Source: Podarcis gaigeae
Taxonomy: Eukaryota
Assembly (NCBI GenBank): GCA_964106915.2
Contig: OZ066916.1
Reading direction: 5' to 3' (one strand)
Length of the DNA: 64,000 bases
The notes beneath the pieces were generated by a model, which did not search any database, had not been told where the DNA came from, and saw only the letters and a program-made list of their open reading frames with translations. Shown in pieces: positions 49,645 to 63,140 of the stretch. Position 1 is the first letter of the stretch. Each line of letters begins with the position of its first letter. Position numbers and translations under genes: made by a program.

Positions 49645-51644
49645 TAGGTACCAGAGAAATAACCTCTCAATAACAGATTAGACAGTATTGTTAGGAACCA
49701 CATATGTGACTACATTATTATGCTGAGATCTGAAGCCATCCATTTCTACAACATCAGTAACAAATATTAAATTACATTTGAAGGGAGGACTTTAGAGAAA
49801 AAACAGCATTGCATTTCCAGTGACTGCAGTTTCTTTCTGATGAAAAAAATATTAATGAAATGTAGCTGCATGAACTCTGAAGCTTTGTTCTCTGCTAGTT
49901 GACCAGTTTTGCTGAAGGAAACTGTCCTTGCTCAGTGATAATAGGGTAACATATTTCCCTTTGCGTTGTCAGAAATATTAGTGCAGGCTGGTTGCCAGTC
50001 CATTTAAGTTCAAGGGCAAGGGGTGCCATGTGTCACTATCCCAAAGTATCTGTTTGAATCCTTTCTTCCTAAGCCACAGCCTGAGCTCATCCACCCACTC
50101 ATGTTTTTAATATCCTCCTTGGGCATTTCCAAGCCATCCACCAGAGATGGATACAAACAATTTGTTTCATTAGTCAAGTAGATTAAGCTTTTCTGTTGCA
50201 CCTCGGCTAGTGGTCAAGTTAATCTCAAGAAGCTGGCGCATGTATTGCTTCAGCCAAGAATCATTCTGCTCCATGGCTTTGGGGTAAATACTGTTTTGGG
50301 TGCCTGCTAATGCTCCTCTTGAAAAGGCCAAGTAGGGCCTCTAGGTAGCATGTGATGCCAGTTTCAGAGCATTATTAGCCAGATGGTGTGTTGGAAATAT
50401 TCCACTGCCAGCAGCTTGCAGCTGGCAAGACTTTGTATGGAATCTAATCCCCTTTCCTCAGCAACAGGACGTTTTTACCTTACTGCTAGCACAAATACAT
50501 GGAAATCCTTGCTTGACTTCAGTAATAGCTATTAAACCTATTTTTTCGTAAGATTCTTTGAATTCAGATATGTGTGGTTTTTTTAATCTGATATTTCTAC
50601 AGTCAGAATTTTATTTTTATTATTTCTTGGATTTATATACCGTCCTTCATCACAACATCTCAGGGCGGTTTGTCCTCTTTGATCCATAGCAGTTCCACTT
50701 CTACTAGGTAGCTCCCATCCTGTGAATTAAGTTGATGTCTCTGCACTCGCTCAGGACACATGCCCCTATAGACATCTGTGCACTGTGTTCAGGAATAAGG
50801 CCTTTTGAAACACAAAAGACTGGAAGGGACTTCAGCTCAAATGTGCTCGGAATTACTTACTCGGAACGCTGGATCAGAAGCCCTTAACTTCTATATGTTT
50901 TTATCATGGAGTAAGTGATCATGTAAACTTGAGGGTACCCAATAGAGTGCTCTCCAAATGTTGGTGGACGCCAAGCCCCAGCATCTTCGCCCATTGGCCA
51001 TTCTAACTGGGGCTGATGGGAGTTGTAGTCCACAGCATCTGGAGGGCACCACCTTGGTGATCCCTGATATAAAGAATTCAGTGTTGTTCTCTTTGGTGAG
51101 TGGATCAGTTTCATCAAGAGAATGGCACATGGATGACCAAAAAAAAAATGTATTCTTTGTTAGTGTAAAATAATGATTGAAAGTGATTTATCTGTTAGCA
51201 TAGAAAGAATTTGTATCTCAGGGTAGCATTCTGGGGTGAGAAACCTCAAAAAAATACATTTTGAACCTGTCCTGAGAAGTTTACCAGCTTTCTTTAGAGG
51301 AAGTATGGAGAAGCTGTAGCCCTTTAGGTGTTGTTGGACTGCCATCATCTGTGACTTAATAATGACAATTTTATTATTATTGGCCATGCTGGCAGCGTCT
51401 GATAAGCATCTATTTCCAACAACATTTGGAGGGTCATAAGTTCCCCACCCCGATATAGTGTGTGGAGGAGAGGTGTACATCTTTAAATATTAAATATACA
51501 CTGGTTGTAGGTATCACACCATATTTCCCAAGCGATTTTCTGGATACTGGCTAGCTTTTAAAAAATAAATAAATAAGTGAGGTCTACTTTCATTTGTCTT
51601 AATATCAGGCTTTTCTTTAATAAAAAAATACTTTTTTTCCACAG

Positions 51645-51732
51645 GTCTCAGTCAGTTGTGGACCCTGGAGTGTTAAAGCGCATGGATAAAAATGAAGAAG
51701 AAAACATGCAGCCCTTGCTTTCTCTTGACTAA
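51645..51732 (+). CDS. CLVS2: Clavesin-2, last coding exon with C-terminal clathrin box (LLSLD) and TAA stop
   Basis: Acceptor ttttccacag|G; reads (R)SQSVVDPGVLKRMDKNEEENMQPLLSLD*; total CDS 389+175+111+221+88=984 nt = 327 aa. Confidence 0.97.
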
Positions 51733-52340
51733 CAATGTCTGAGCATCGAACATGAATTGGGGTGGAAGGTATTGCCTTTCGGCAACAAGCAAACCATTGG
51801 GAGGAGAATGTGTACCAGCCGGAATCCTATTTTTCATGTTAATGTAGCATAACATAATGAGGCAGCAGGTTTTGCCAGTCAGCCTGGAACATGCGTGCCC
51901 TGGGCTGGAAAACAGGGTGGAAAGGAAGAAGATGAAAAGGAGCAAATATCAATAATATATTCTGTTAAGTGCCAACCTGTTTGTAAATAGAGTCTATTCC
52001 TTCTCTCTGCATTTGTAAGTAATGGTAGGGATGTAGTACAGGAAAGGGGAAAAAAAGAGTGGCTATTAAAATATGCCAGTTGAATGCACTGTAAAAGAAC
52101 GAAAAGCACTCTGAGAAAAAAGAAAGAAAGAAATCAGACCTAAGTAACATTCATCCTTTTTATACAAAGCCATATTACACCTTTCATATGGACTGCTTTA
52201 TTCTGTTCAAACATTTTTTCTTTAAACGAGAAGATATAGGGTCCTGTAGACATCGTTGTAACTGGTGTGATGTTACCTGTCAATCAGATTGTATTTCACA
52301 GACATTGCTGAGATTCATGATGGAGACTAGAAAGAGAAAG

Positions 52341-52342
52341 GA

Positions 52343-52386
<44 letters not shown>

Positions 52387-52388
52387 AG
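52341..52388. repeat. (GAAA)n microsatellite within the 3'UTR
   Basis: Directly visible. Confidence 0.95.
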
Positions 52389-54439
52389 GTATAGACACAG
52401 GGAGCCAAGCACCTTTCTTTGGCATATAAGACAACTGGTTTTTAATCTTTTAATACTAAGTTTGGGGTTTTGAGACCCATTTGGGTCCTGAGCATTAGGT
52501 GTGTCTCAAAGCATCTGCCTCTTATCTGGTCCCCATTTGAGAACTTGCCTCCTTGACTAGACCATTTGTAGTAATGCTCAGCATTCCACCCATAATACTC
52601 AGCAGCAACAGACTGATGCATTTCTAAACCTTACAAAACTGAAGTCTGAATACATATCTATATATTTTTACCACTCTCTACATATAAAGTGTCATTGGTA
52701 GATAAGTATATGTAATCAAGGATTTATAAAAACAAATCATACCTATTTGGTGTGCTTAGAGTTTATTATAGATTGTATATTAAGACAATGTCATCGTTAA
52801 CATAGTAAAAGATTAAGTACCGCATCCTACTTTGAGCAAGATTTAATTGTTATAAGTACGGTGTAGTACAATACCATGCTAAGGCCATCTTTTGTTTTGT
52901 GATGTAATTGTGTAGATGAAACATGTGCCATATTAGACAGAAAATACATTTTTACCTCAAAAGACCAAACAGTCCCTAAAGTGGACTGAACATGGTCAGC
53001 TGTAGTTTAGGGGTATATATTCATCTTTGATGTGTGCTGATATGCTTGTGTATTTTCGCCGTACATCAAGACAAGAATGTACCCTACAACTATACAGATC
53101 TCTGTCATCAGAATTTAATATGCCACTTGAACAGGAATGACAAGATCTCTTTCTCGCAAAAAAACCAAAACGTTACTACTGAACTCTTAAGGGCTCTGAA
53201 GAAACATATTGGAATTAATTATTGGATATTTAAGATGCCTAAGATCAGGCTTAATGCTGCGACAGATTGTGTTCCCATTGAAAATCTTCAGTTTCAAGAC
53301 AGTAGAATGACTTGTTTGTTTTAAATCACCTCCATGCCATTCAGAGACAACCTTCAGATAATTCTTGGGGAAAGAGGAATTAATATACATTCTGCCTGTA
53401 CTGTCTTTGTATAACTCAGATACTCTGTTGAGACACCATGTGCATGTCTGCTATCATTGATTTCCACTGCAAGCTAGTGTTAAAATGATGTGAGGCTGTA
53501 GTGTATTCTAGACCACTTAATGCACTGCTGGATGCTCAGTTAAGAGATTCTTATTTGGCTTAATTTTTCTTTTCCTTATTTAAATTATGACAATGGTGTT
53601 CTTTGCAGGCTAGAGCATTATGTTTGGTTACATTATAGAAGCATTCATCATTCTAATAACATGGTAAACAAGCAACCTATCTATTAAGCAGGGAAACCTT
53701 CATGGTGGGAACACTATGATGAATGCATTAACCAAAATGGATCTGTTTTTGACAGGAATGGCTTATAGTTGACAAGACCTATGCTTATCGCATCCAGAGA
53801 TCTTAAGTTGAAAGCTGTGATCTTAAAACAATGACTGCCTATTGTATGATATCAATTGCCCTTGGGCCACCTCACTGAATAAACACTTAAGAGGCAGCCA
53901 TGGCCAGTCTAGGCTATCTAGCATATGTGCCAGGACCAGCAACTGTATCTGGTTTGACCCTTGGTGGTAAGTAAGCAGCCTAATTTATCACAAGACTGCA
54001 GTCTCAGAGTTTTCCTAGAAATACAGCTGCAGCACCTTTAGCAACATCAGCAGTAAGAACATTGCATGTCTCTCCATGGGGATCTACATCAGTTCCCATG
54101 GAGTAATTTGATTAGATATGTGTTATTTCTCAATTGAAGCTCGGGTCTCTAACTTTAGAAGTTTCCTGTATAGCACTAATACCTTTTTGCATGGCTCCAT
54201 AGGAATGAGCAAGCTGTTTAATGATTGGAATCCTTATGCTTCCAAACTGATAAGAGTTAGACAATTTGGAACAGAAAACATGCTAGGCAAAATGAAATGG
54301 TAATTTGTGGATAAGCTTAACTGCAGATGCAGACATTTGTAGCAATGCCAGACAAGAGGACTCTGTCTTGGTGTAGCACAAAAAAAAGAGTCTGGTGTTG
54401 AAAACAAAAATGAAACACACCTGTAGTTAGCACACATTT

Positions 54440-54790
54440 TCTTGGGAGACAATGGACGAGTGTTCCTTTACTGGTGAGATCAAACTGTTGGCAGATTGCA
54501 ACACTTTCTGTGGCTGTAGAGACTGATGTGGGAGAGACATGATCTGTTGCAGCTGGGGCAGATGGTGACATCCGGTTGTTCTGTTGCAGATGCACCATGG
54601 TGTTTCTTCTCTTTGTGATCCTCCCAGAGGTCATTTCTCCTATGCTATGGATACATGACTTGACTGCCTGTCTCCAGGCACTGCGGTCATCTGCAAAGGA
54701 TTCCCATAGAGCGGGGTTTATGTTGCCAGACTTCATGTCATGTTCACAGACATCTTTATAGCACAGCGTTGGTCTGCCAATTGGCCTATG
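54440..54790 (-). mobile_element. RTE-clade LINE 3' fragment (different family from BovB) in the putative 3'UTR
   Basis: Minus strand reads RPIGRPTLCYKDVCEHDMKSGNINPALWESFADDRSAWRQAV, the RTE 'GRP..RYKD...WE..A.DR..WR' signature. Confidence 0.75.
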
Positions 54791-56539
54791 GAATCCAGTT
54801 AAGAGATCAGCTCACCTATTATGCAATTTCATCAAACCAGATTGGCAGCAACATATAATGCATGGCTCTGAAATTATATGTGTGCAATGAATAATGGCAT
54901 TTGTGGTACATCTTGAACTGTGTTGTGTACATAGATCTGGCTAGGTGGTGAATGAATGATCCTTCTGGTGGTTAGAGTCGGGAGATGTTGTGTCATATAG
55001 TATGTTAGTCGCTCCGAAATCTTAAGATTTGAGATCTGCCAAATACATACAAGTTGATAGAGATAGGAAGCTCCAGGAACCCTGGAATTATGCTACAGTC
55101 AGTTTCTCATTGTCCAATAATATCCTGGCTGAGGCAGTAGGCAAAGAGCTAAGCAAAGGCTTTGTTGAGTGGGAGAGCTGCTCACTTCATTATGAGCTAC
55201 AGGAGCTATCCTTTCAGGACCATATGCAGCATCTGTTTCCCTATAAATCCTTGTTCTCTGGCAAAAAGCTTTTATTCAGAAAGCCTAGGGTTTTTCGGGG
55301 GGGGGGGGAATGAATGAATTCAAGCTTCAAATACTGTGTTTTGTATCACTAGGGCCTGTCCCCATGTTTCCTTCCATATATATGCTGTCATGAAATGGAT
55401 TATAGGTGGGTCTATTTCATAGGCTGAATCACTCTCATTTAGAGCAATAAAAAGATCTTTTTTCTTGCAGTGTCAGAACTAATTTGCCTAGAGTTAACAT
55501 GTTCCATATTTAAGCTTCAGTCAAGTCAGCGGTGCTTAAGCCACAGTTGACAGTTTCTGAATGTACACAGACAGAACAGACAGAACTGCTGCTGGTGTGA
55601 CTGAGCATAGCTTTATTAATTCCACTTCACAAAAGCTGAATTTCATTAAGGCTGTTATCCTGGCCTCACTTACCTGGGAATAAGCTGAATTCAATAGGAC
55701 TTACCTCTGAGTAGTCATGGTTAGAATTGCAGTGTAACTCACTTTTAACAGCACAATCCCATCCAGGTATACTCATTGGATATTAGGTATAGAAAGTGAG
55801 TATAGGTTGACATCTCTAAAGGTTCTTATTTTTGCAATCTTCATGAAACTTCATAAAGGAAAAATCAACCTTACCTCATGAAACCTCCATATACTAAGTG
55901 GCTTGTTTTAGTTTTATTTTTGCATTTGAATTCTTGTCTCTATGTGTTTCGGAAATGCATCCCAATGTCTAATTCAGCTATTGCTGTAATGAACACTCAG
56001 ATAGTCCTCTCAGGAGGTAACACCATGATTTTGCATAATTCAACCTCCATATTTTGCTGAGAATAAACTGATATGTTCCAAAGGAAGTACTCTCGCTGTA
56101 CAAAATCGGGTCTTCAGAGAGCACCAGCAGATTCTAGGCACACTGTATGTCCCATAGCCACAAATTAATTCAGCAGCAGATTTTCAGAGGTGGGTGATGG
56201 AAATTAATAGCTTATTCCTAAGCAGGCTTCCTCCTTTTATGAATTCAAGGCTTATGATGCCAGTAGAAAAAGTCCTTTAAATGAGAAAGCCAGCCCCTTT
56301 GATAGCGGTGATCTAAAGGAATACAGGACATGATAAAATCTTACTCAGTTGAGCCATCCTTGGGTACAACCTCAAAAGCAGTTTAGGAACCTCCTGTATC
56401 TATTTTACATGTTTGCCTGAATTATAAACTAAAACATACTGAGAGCTAGATCCTTGGCAAAGTGATTGTTTTGAATATCACATCATGGATATCTCCAGCC
56501 ATGGCCTGGAGGTTCAGCACCTAAATCTCACATAAGAAC

Positions 56540-56960
56540 ACATGCTGCATATTTTTGTTACAGGACCAGCAATTTCACATTTGAGAGAACTCTTGGGGGG
56601 ATTCCACACTGACCCAGTGAGTTGTTCATTTTATTTCTTAGAAAAGCCTACGATTTCATCTTTTGTCACCACTGCCTCAGATGCTGACTCCCTTCCCGAG
56701 AAAGTTAGTTCAGGCACAGGGATCTGCCTTACATCTTCCACAGTTAAAACAGATGCAAACAATTCATTCAGATTCTCTCCTTTTCCTATTTTAGCAGGCC
56801 TTTGACTCCTTTGCTGTCTAAACATCCAATTACCTCTCTGCTCCTGGTGTTTTTCTTCTTGGGGATTGTTGGGTTTAACATTTTTAACAACATGCTTCTT
56901 AAATTATTATTTTCCTTCCATCCATTATTGTCTACTTGCATTTCTTTTGCCAAAGTTTGC
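56540..56960 (-). mobile_element. CR1 LINE ORF2 fragment in the putative 3'UTR
   Basis: Minus-strand peptide KGENLNELFASVLTVEDVRQIPVPELTFSG resembles the CR1 'AEKLNEFFASVFT' motif. Confidence 0.7.
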
Positions 56961-59900
56961 ATTCCTTTTTGTTCTCATTTTGACAACACTTCCATTTTAC
57001 TTTCTTGACTGCTTGTTACCCATTCTGGCATCCTCTTGGTCTTGGTAGTACCTTTTCCAGTTCTAGCTAAGCTTCTATTATTGTGGTTTTTAATAACCCC
57101 ATACATTCTGGAGAGAATGGTAGCTTTCTGCCCCTCAGGGCACAGCTGGGACCTCTGCCATGGCAATGATTCCATCCCTGCAGTGGTGGTCCCCAGCAGA
57201 TATGCATATGTGCCATCCTGCCGCCACACCCTCCATCAACATTGGTCACCACCAATATGTGGGTGGCAGCTGTGTTAGGGTCTCTAACTCTATTGGGTTG
57301 TGACTGCTAAATCTCAGTGCAAATCATGACTTTGTTGCCATTGGTTTTATTACCACATCTAGTTTATGTGTAGCAAAGGGTTTACTAAACCCCTTGAAAC
57401 AAGGTCCCATTTCAGCCTAAGTTAAGTACATGCTTACTGTTCTGAATGAAATATCTGAATTTTGACTGGCTCATGCCAAATCTCTACCTTTTGGTTTGTT
57501 GCCATCAACAGGCTTCTAAGATTTGTTAGAAGATTATGAGACCAGAGGCAGAAACTACAGCCAGGCAGTTTTGTGGTTTTATTTTGGATTAGATGTTTGA
57601 TAGCAACTGATATGGCATTAACATGGATGACAATATTAAGCATAAGTATGTTAACATGAAATCAAGCTAATGAGATGTCATTTCTTTTAAAGCTTTGAGA
57701 TGTACTGTAAAGTGCCATATTAATGTGTATAGTAGTGCCTGTTAGATATATAAAGATGCGCAAAGCATTGCTTATCATATTGTGCTGGCATTATATCAAG
57801 ATTTTTGTTGTTGTTTGTGTCACCGTTCTTCAGGTGAAAAATAGAAACTGAGGCCTAAATGCATGCAGATTTCAGATCAGTATTCTTTGCCAATTAATGT
57901 TTGAGGCTGGTGGGAAAAGTCAAGCTGGTAACTTCCCAATTCTTTTCCTGAAATTGCTCAACGTGGTCTGATTGAGAATTAACAACACCCTAGAAAATTG
58001 TAGGAAACATTAATCATTGGCCCATCACATAAAGATGGTGGAAACTTCGTCACAAAAAAAGGGAAAATGCACCTCAGGGTAACTCTTCTGTCAAAAAATG
58101 GTGCAAATCAGGCAAATGTTTTCACAGAGGAAATGTTGGATGACTTGTCCATACTCTTAGTTGAGCACTGCTAGTCTGTAGTGATTAGAAGATTACTAAT
58201 AGCACTGGCATTTGTGCTATTTTTATATACACATCTAACATTATGTATTTTGGTCTCTGTGTGATGTGCAGTACAATCCTTCACATACCTTACTCAAAAG
58301 TAAGCCTCATTGAACTCAATGGGGCTTACTCTCCCAAGTAAGTGGATGTGGGATTGCAGCCAGAAGCACCTTTCACAGTCACTCTCTTTTGTGTTATATG
58401 TCTGTGCTACCTGCTCATGTTACGTTTTTTGATTAGGATGGAGTTAAGAATGGAAAGCAAATGATGCCGACAATGTACAGTGGCTTTGTGTAGACCATAT
58501 TGCAGCCAAGTTACCTAAAAGCTGTACATGCTGGATTTGAAAGAGAAAGAATAATCTTTTTTTTAAAAAAAAGGAAACACTGGACGGTTAATTCAGAGAG
58601 GGAAATGGAACTGATTATTTTCCAGTGTTATTAAAAGCCAGCCAGTTTTCAGATGAGGCAGGGACCACATTCCCATGTTCGTTTTTGACGAGAAAGTTAC
58701 CACATAATGACATTACCTTTTCAATTTCACCTGGTGACTGTTCTTATAAAATGCACCTCCACATGGTGCCAGGTGGTATTTATCACATTAGGAAATGCTT
58801 GTGGCCTGCCAGGTGCCCCGAGGCGATATTAAATAGCAGGCACATTTATAAGAATGACCCTCCTTATGAAACTGACAGGGTAAAATTGTATTGTGATTGA
58901 ATCTGGGAATTGGACCAAATCCATGTTGCTAATGAGAGTTCTGCTGAGAGAGATCTTTTTTCTTGTTCACTGTACTGACTGGGAAGAACGTATATTTATT
59001 GTACTACATTTGTGCCAAAACTGATCAGTATAAGTACATGGAATAGAATGTTTCATATTCATTTATTCGCGCAAGACTCTTTGAAAAGTTGTATCAAACC
59101 TTTTCACTGTTTATATAAACAATATATATTTGAACAAAAATAAACAACTGAAGCTAATTAGTAAGAATGGCTTCAATTTTGTCAAAATAAAGCTTTGATG
59201 AAAAAAATGGCTCAGGACATCTTGATTTTGTCTTAATTTGCATGGCTTTTTCCTTTTCTGACAGTACTGAGAATCAACAATTTTAAGAAAAAATAGTAAC
59301 CTTCTGATATGTTGCTTAAATGATATTAAATTTAAACATCAGCAAATTTTTGAATTATTTTTGATCCAAACTCAATTTTTTTACCAGACCTTATTATATT
59401 TTTAAAAGTTGTTTGCATATCATAAAACTGAATTGCCTTCCTTCTAGAAGGAGCTCAGGGCAATGTACAATAAAAATCCCACCAGAACAGAAGAACATAT
59501 CAGATGAAGAAACCATATACAAATCAGTATACATTCCCTGGAGAAAGGGGAAAGAAGGCAGCATGTGATGTGCAAACGGAAGAAGAGATTTTGGGGCTTA
59601 AAAAAAAATACTGCAGTGTTCTGCATTGTGAAGCTATGGCAAACCTGCTTTGTTGCTGTCTGTTGTCTTTGAGGATGGCTTTGCTGGATCAGATCAGAGT
59701 TCATCTGGTCAAGCATTCACAAACAGAGCACATTGGAAATAAATACCGTCTTCAGTTGTGTGTCTCCAGCCACTTTTAATCAGAAATGTACTGCCTTTGA
59801 ACACAGAAACTCCGTTCTGATTTATTATGGCTAACAGAATTTGTTTCATTGATTGCCCCAGAGCTCTAATGTTTTGACAGATAGATAATAATATCTCTCT

Positions 59901-62588
59901 ATTAGCTCTTTGCACAATTCAGTTTTTTTAACCACTATGTTTAGTTGGCCTGATCCACTGGGGCTCTTACGTTCTTAATCCAAGACACATTTTTCTCCAT
60001 CCTTAATACAGTCACATGCTTAGCTGACTGCTTTAAAAATGTTGCTGATGCTATATCTGAATTCCTCTTTCCTTTAGGCAGGCAAACATTTAATTACAAC
60101 CTCTTTGCAACACTCATGTTTACATGCAGGATCAAAAACATAAAGGTTGCCTATTTTACATCATGGATGTAGTGATATCCTAAATTAATTAGCTACAAAA
60201 TCATATCTAGCTTCAGAGTTCATTTGATGTTCTCTCCAAGGATGAATCTCCTACCTACTCACTGCATTAAAAATAATAAAACTAGAACTTAATAATAATG
60301 TTTCATTTAAAATATGAATTTACACTTCTGAGAGACAGGACATATCTGCAGAACACAAGCTTAGGGCAAAAGTAGATGCGCAAAACATGTAATGTAAATA
60401 AACAGCAGTCAGGTTTTAGGTTCAATATTCCTGGGGTTTGAAGGAGGTGAGAGGAAGAAAAGGGGATGAAACATTAGCCTTGGAATAAAGTGTGATCTTT
60501 CTCCCCTCTGGTTATCTTCCTCCTTCCCCTCCTTCTTGACAAGGTGTCTGAATGGGTTCACACACTGTGTACTAGATCTAGTGGCTTCCTCGGGTGCCTT
60601 GCAATCTGTTAGGGAATGGGAGGCCTTGCACTCTTTCCCTTTATTCAATCCACGCACCTGTCTTTGCCACCATTGCACACTTCTTCTGTTATGCCTTTGG
60701 TAAGATTCTTTCCAGATCAAGTGTTGTATTCCCACTGTGAGGCCCGAGTTCCCTGTGCCAGAACTCAAGACAATCTGTACTTGCATAGGACTTTATCACT
60801 TTTGCCTGTTTCCTTGTGCAGTCTAGTTCAACAGCACCCTAAAGGCTCCAGCTGGAAATTCCCCCCAGATGTTAATTCTGCCTTTGAAATCTCAGATTCA
60901 AGCAAATTTCATTGTATTGCCTCATCTGCTATTACTCCACAGCTTCTTGGTTGCGGCACTGCTCTACAGCCAACTATGACGGTTGCTCCTGAACTTAATT
61001 CCAAAGCCAGTAGGTGGAGGAGAATTAACAGTTGCCATGGTTTATTTCAATTTTATTGGGCATTGTGTGTGTGTGTTCCCCAGCAAATGATGAGTCACCA
61101 TGGAAAGAGTTCATTGCAGGTTGAAAGTTGGAAAGCGACCAATTTATACTGGTGCATATTTCTGTTCCTGAGTGTTGTGGTGGATCACAATGTCTTGCTG
61201 CTGCACTGAATTTGAAAGATGCATTATGGCAGCAATTACAGCACATGGCAAGACAATTTTGTCAGGAAGCATGATGAGGTTTCTGGGATGGGGCCATCCA
61301 AGGTTAATGAAGAAGAAATAGATGGTGTCGCTAGCAGTTAAGAGGCAATTCAAAAAACATGCCGGTGACACTGATGGGAGAGAGAAAACCACAAGGTGGA
61401 AAAGTCACGTATAGAACTGGGATGGAGGTCCACAGGCTGAATACAGCCCTCGGGGCAGGCCATGACCCACTCCCAAGCTCCACCTCTCTCTGCCCCTGCT
61501 CCAATCTCTCCTTGAGAGCTTTTGTAAGGTTGGAACGTGTCCTTGAACAGTGGCAACGCTCCTCCTTGCCTGGCTGGAGAGATGCAGAAACCTTTGGCTA
61601 TTGTGGGGATGGAATGTAGCTTACAGTACAAAGGAAAGAGTCACATCCACTTTAGCTTCTGACCCTGCTAACCTTTGCCTCTGACCAAGCTCTGCATTGT
61701 GTTGGCAAAGCAGCAGACATTTCTGGCACTGATCCTGCACTGTGCTGAGCTCCCAGCTGCCTTGATACCCCCTGCCTTGGTAACTTGCAGGAGGGCAATG
61801 CAGTCTCACCTGCATCACATTGCTAGTTGCTATTAGCTACCATCAGACATGGACAGATAATAAATCCTCCTCTTCCCTTTTTAATGAGAAGCAGCAATCA
61901 GGTAAGAACCATAAGATTCAAGTGTGGTTTCCTTTCACTGATTTCTCTTGCTGCACCATAAATGTATCCTTCCTCATGTCACATATGAGGAATGGAGGGT
62001 GGCTTGCACATCCGTTGAACTCATTAACTGGCTTGAAAAGCTGAACACAAAATGCTAAACCCCGTGGCAGTGTGTTATAATTATGCTTTCCCACTGGGAA
62101 CAGAGTTTAAGACTTTGGGGCAGTCTGGCAGAAAGCCAGGGTGTTCTCTAACGAGGATGGTCAGAAATAAGTTACAAAAGAGGATAGAGGAGTCCCCAGA
62201 GATAATAGCTGAATAATATGAATCCAGCCATGACCTACCTGTGAATGTGTTAACTACCATAATAAATCTCCACCTATAGAACCACCTGGATAAAAGCAGG
62301 GAGTTTTTTCCAGCTCTGCAAAACCTCCCTTTCTAATAAGCTGCCTGCAAAGGTTGGAAATAAAATTGCTGAAGTGGTCCACTTCCACCGGCCACTATGG
62401 CTGAAAGCTTCCAAACATTTCTCAGAGAAGCTGGAAGTTCCCAGGTTAAAAAACAGGAAAACCTAGAAAGGCACTGAGGCCCTTTAAACTATTAGGGCCC
62501 TTTAAAGTGGTCATGTTTTAGGTTAGGAGAGGGAAATGTGCATGTGTACAAGCACACCTGGATTCAAAGCAAGACCTAGTGTCATGCC

Positions 62589-62690
62589 TAGTGCTTTTCT
62601 TCTAGAAAAAAATGGCTGGTACCCACTATGAAGTTATTACAGTAAGTGCCACAATTTTAACCCTTGAGTATCTCCAGAAAAAAAGCACTG
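62589..62690. mobile_element. Short hAT MITE
   Basis: TAGTGCTTTTCTTCT / AGAAAAAAAGCACTG ends; degenerate 8-bp TSD GTCATGCC / GTCAAACC. Confidence 0.55.
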
Positions 62691-63034
62691 GTCAAACCCT
62701 CTAACACATCAAGGTGAAAAACTGGGACACTGTCTTCTGGGGCCACGCTTTTTGGGGGGTGAGATTGTGGCACCCAAAATGGCTGCTGTCCTCTCACATG
62801 AAAGGACATGATGTCCCGGTTTTCCTCAGACAGTTGAGGGGTATGCTGTGTGTGCAAGTCTCAATTCCTTCTTCTCGATTAGCTCTGTTATATTACTATT
62901 GACATCAAAGGAAATTTAGCATGCCCTTTTAGAAAGCAGTTTTATCATTGCTTCTTAAGTGGGCCTATTAAATTTCATTTGAATTCCAAAGTGCTCTTTT
63001 ACACATACATTATGTGACTTTGTACATACAACAT

Positions 63035-63140
63035 TATATTATCATCCCCCTTTGGAGATGGGAAACTGAAATGGAGAGAGTTGAACTCACTTAGTGAGTT
63101 AAAGGCAAGGGCAGGTTCCGAGCGAGAAACTTCTTGTTAA
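63035..63140 (-). mobile_element. Ancient MIR/CORE-SINE remnant (another at ~9770-9900)
   Basis: TTATCATCCCCCTTTGGAGATGGGAAACTGAAATGGAGAGAG resembles the CORE consensus ATTATCCCCATTTTACAGATGAGGAAACTGAGGC. Confidence 0.5.

Larger units (their letters stand above)
51733..59210 (+). other. CLVS2: Probable long 3'UTR of CLVS2
   Basis: Follows the stop codon; AU-rich blocks; tandem AATAAA at 59139-59144 and 59186-59191 followed by U/GU-rich sequence; proximal AATAAA at 53878, 55446 and 56062. The 3' end is inferred. Confidence 0.5.

Noticed and set aside
60616-61209. 197-aa ORF on + strand downstream of CLVS2
   Set aside because: No domain similarity recognised, no supporting splice structure; compatible with chance in 64 kb
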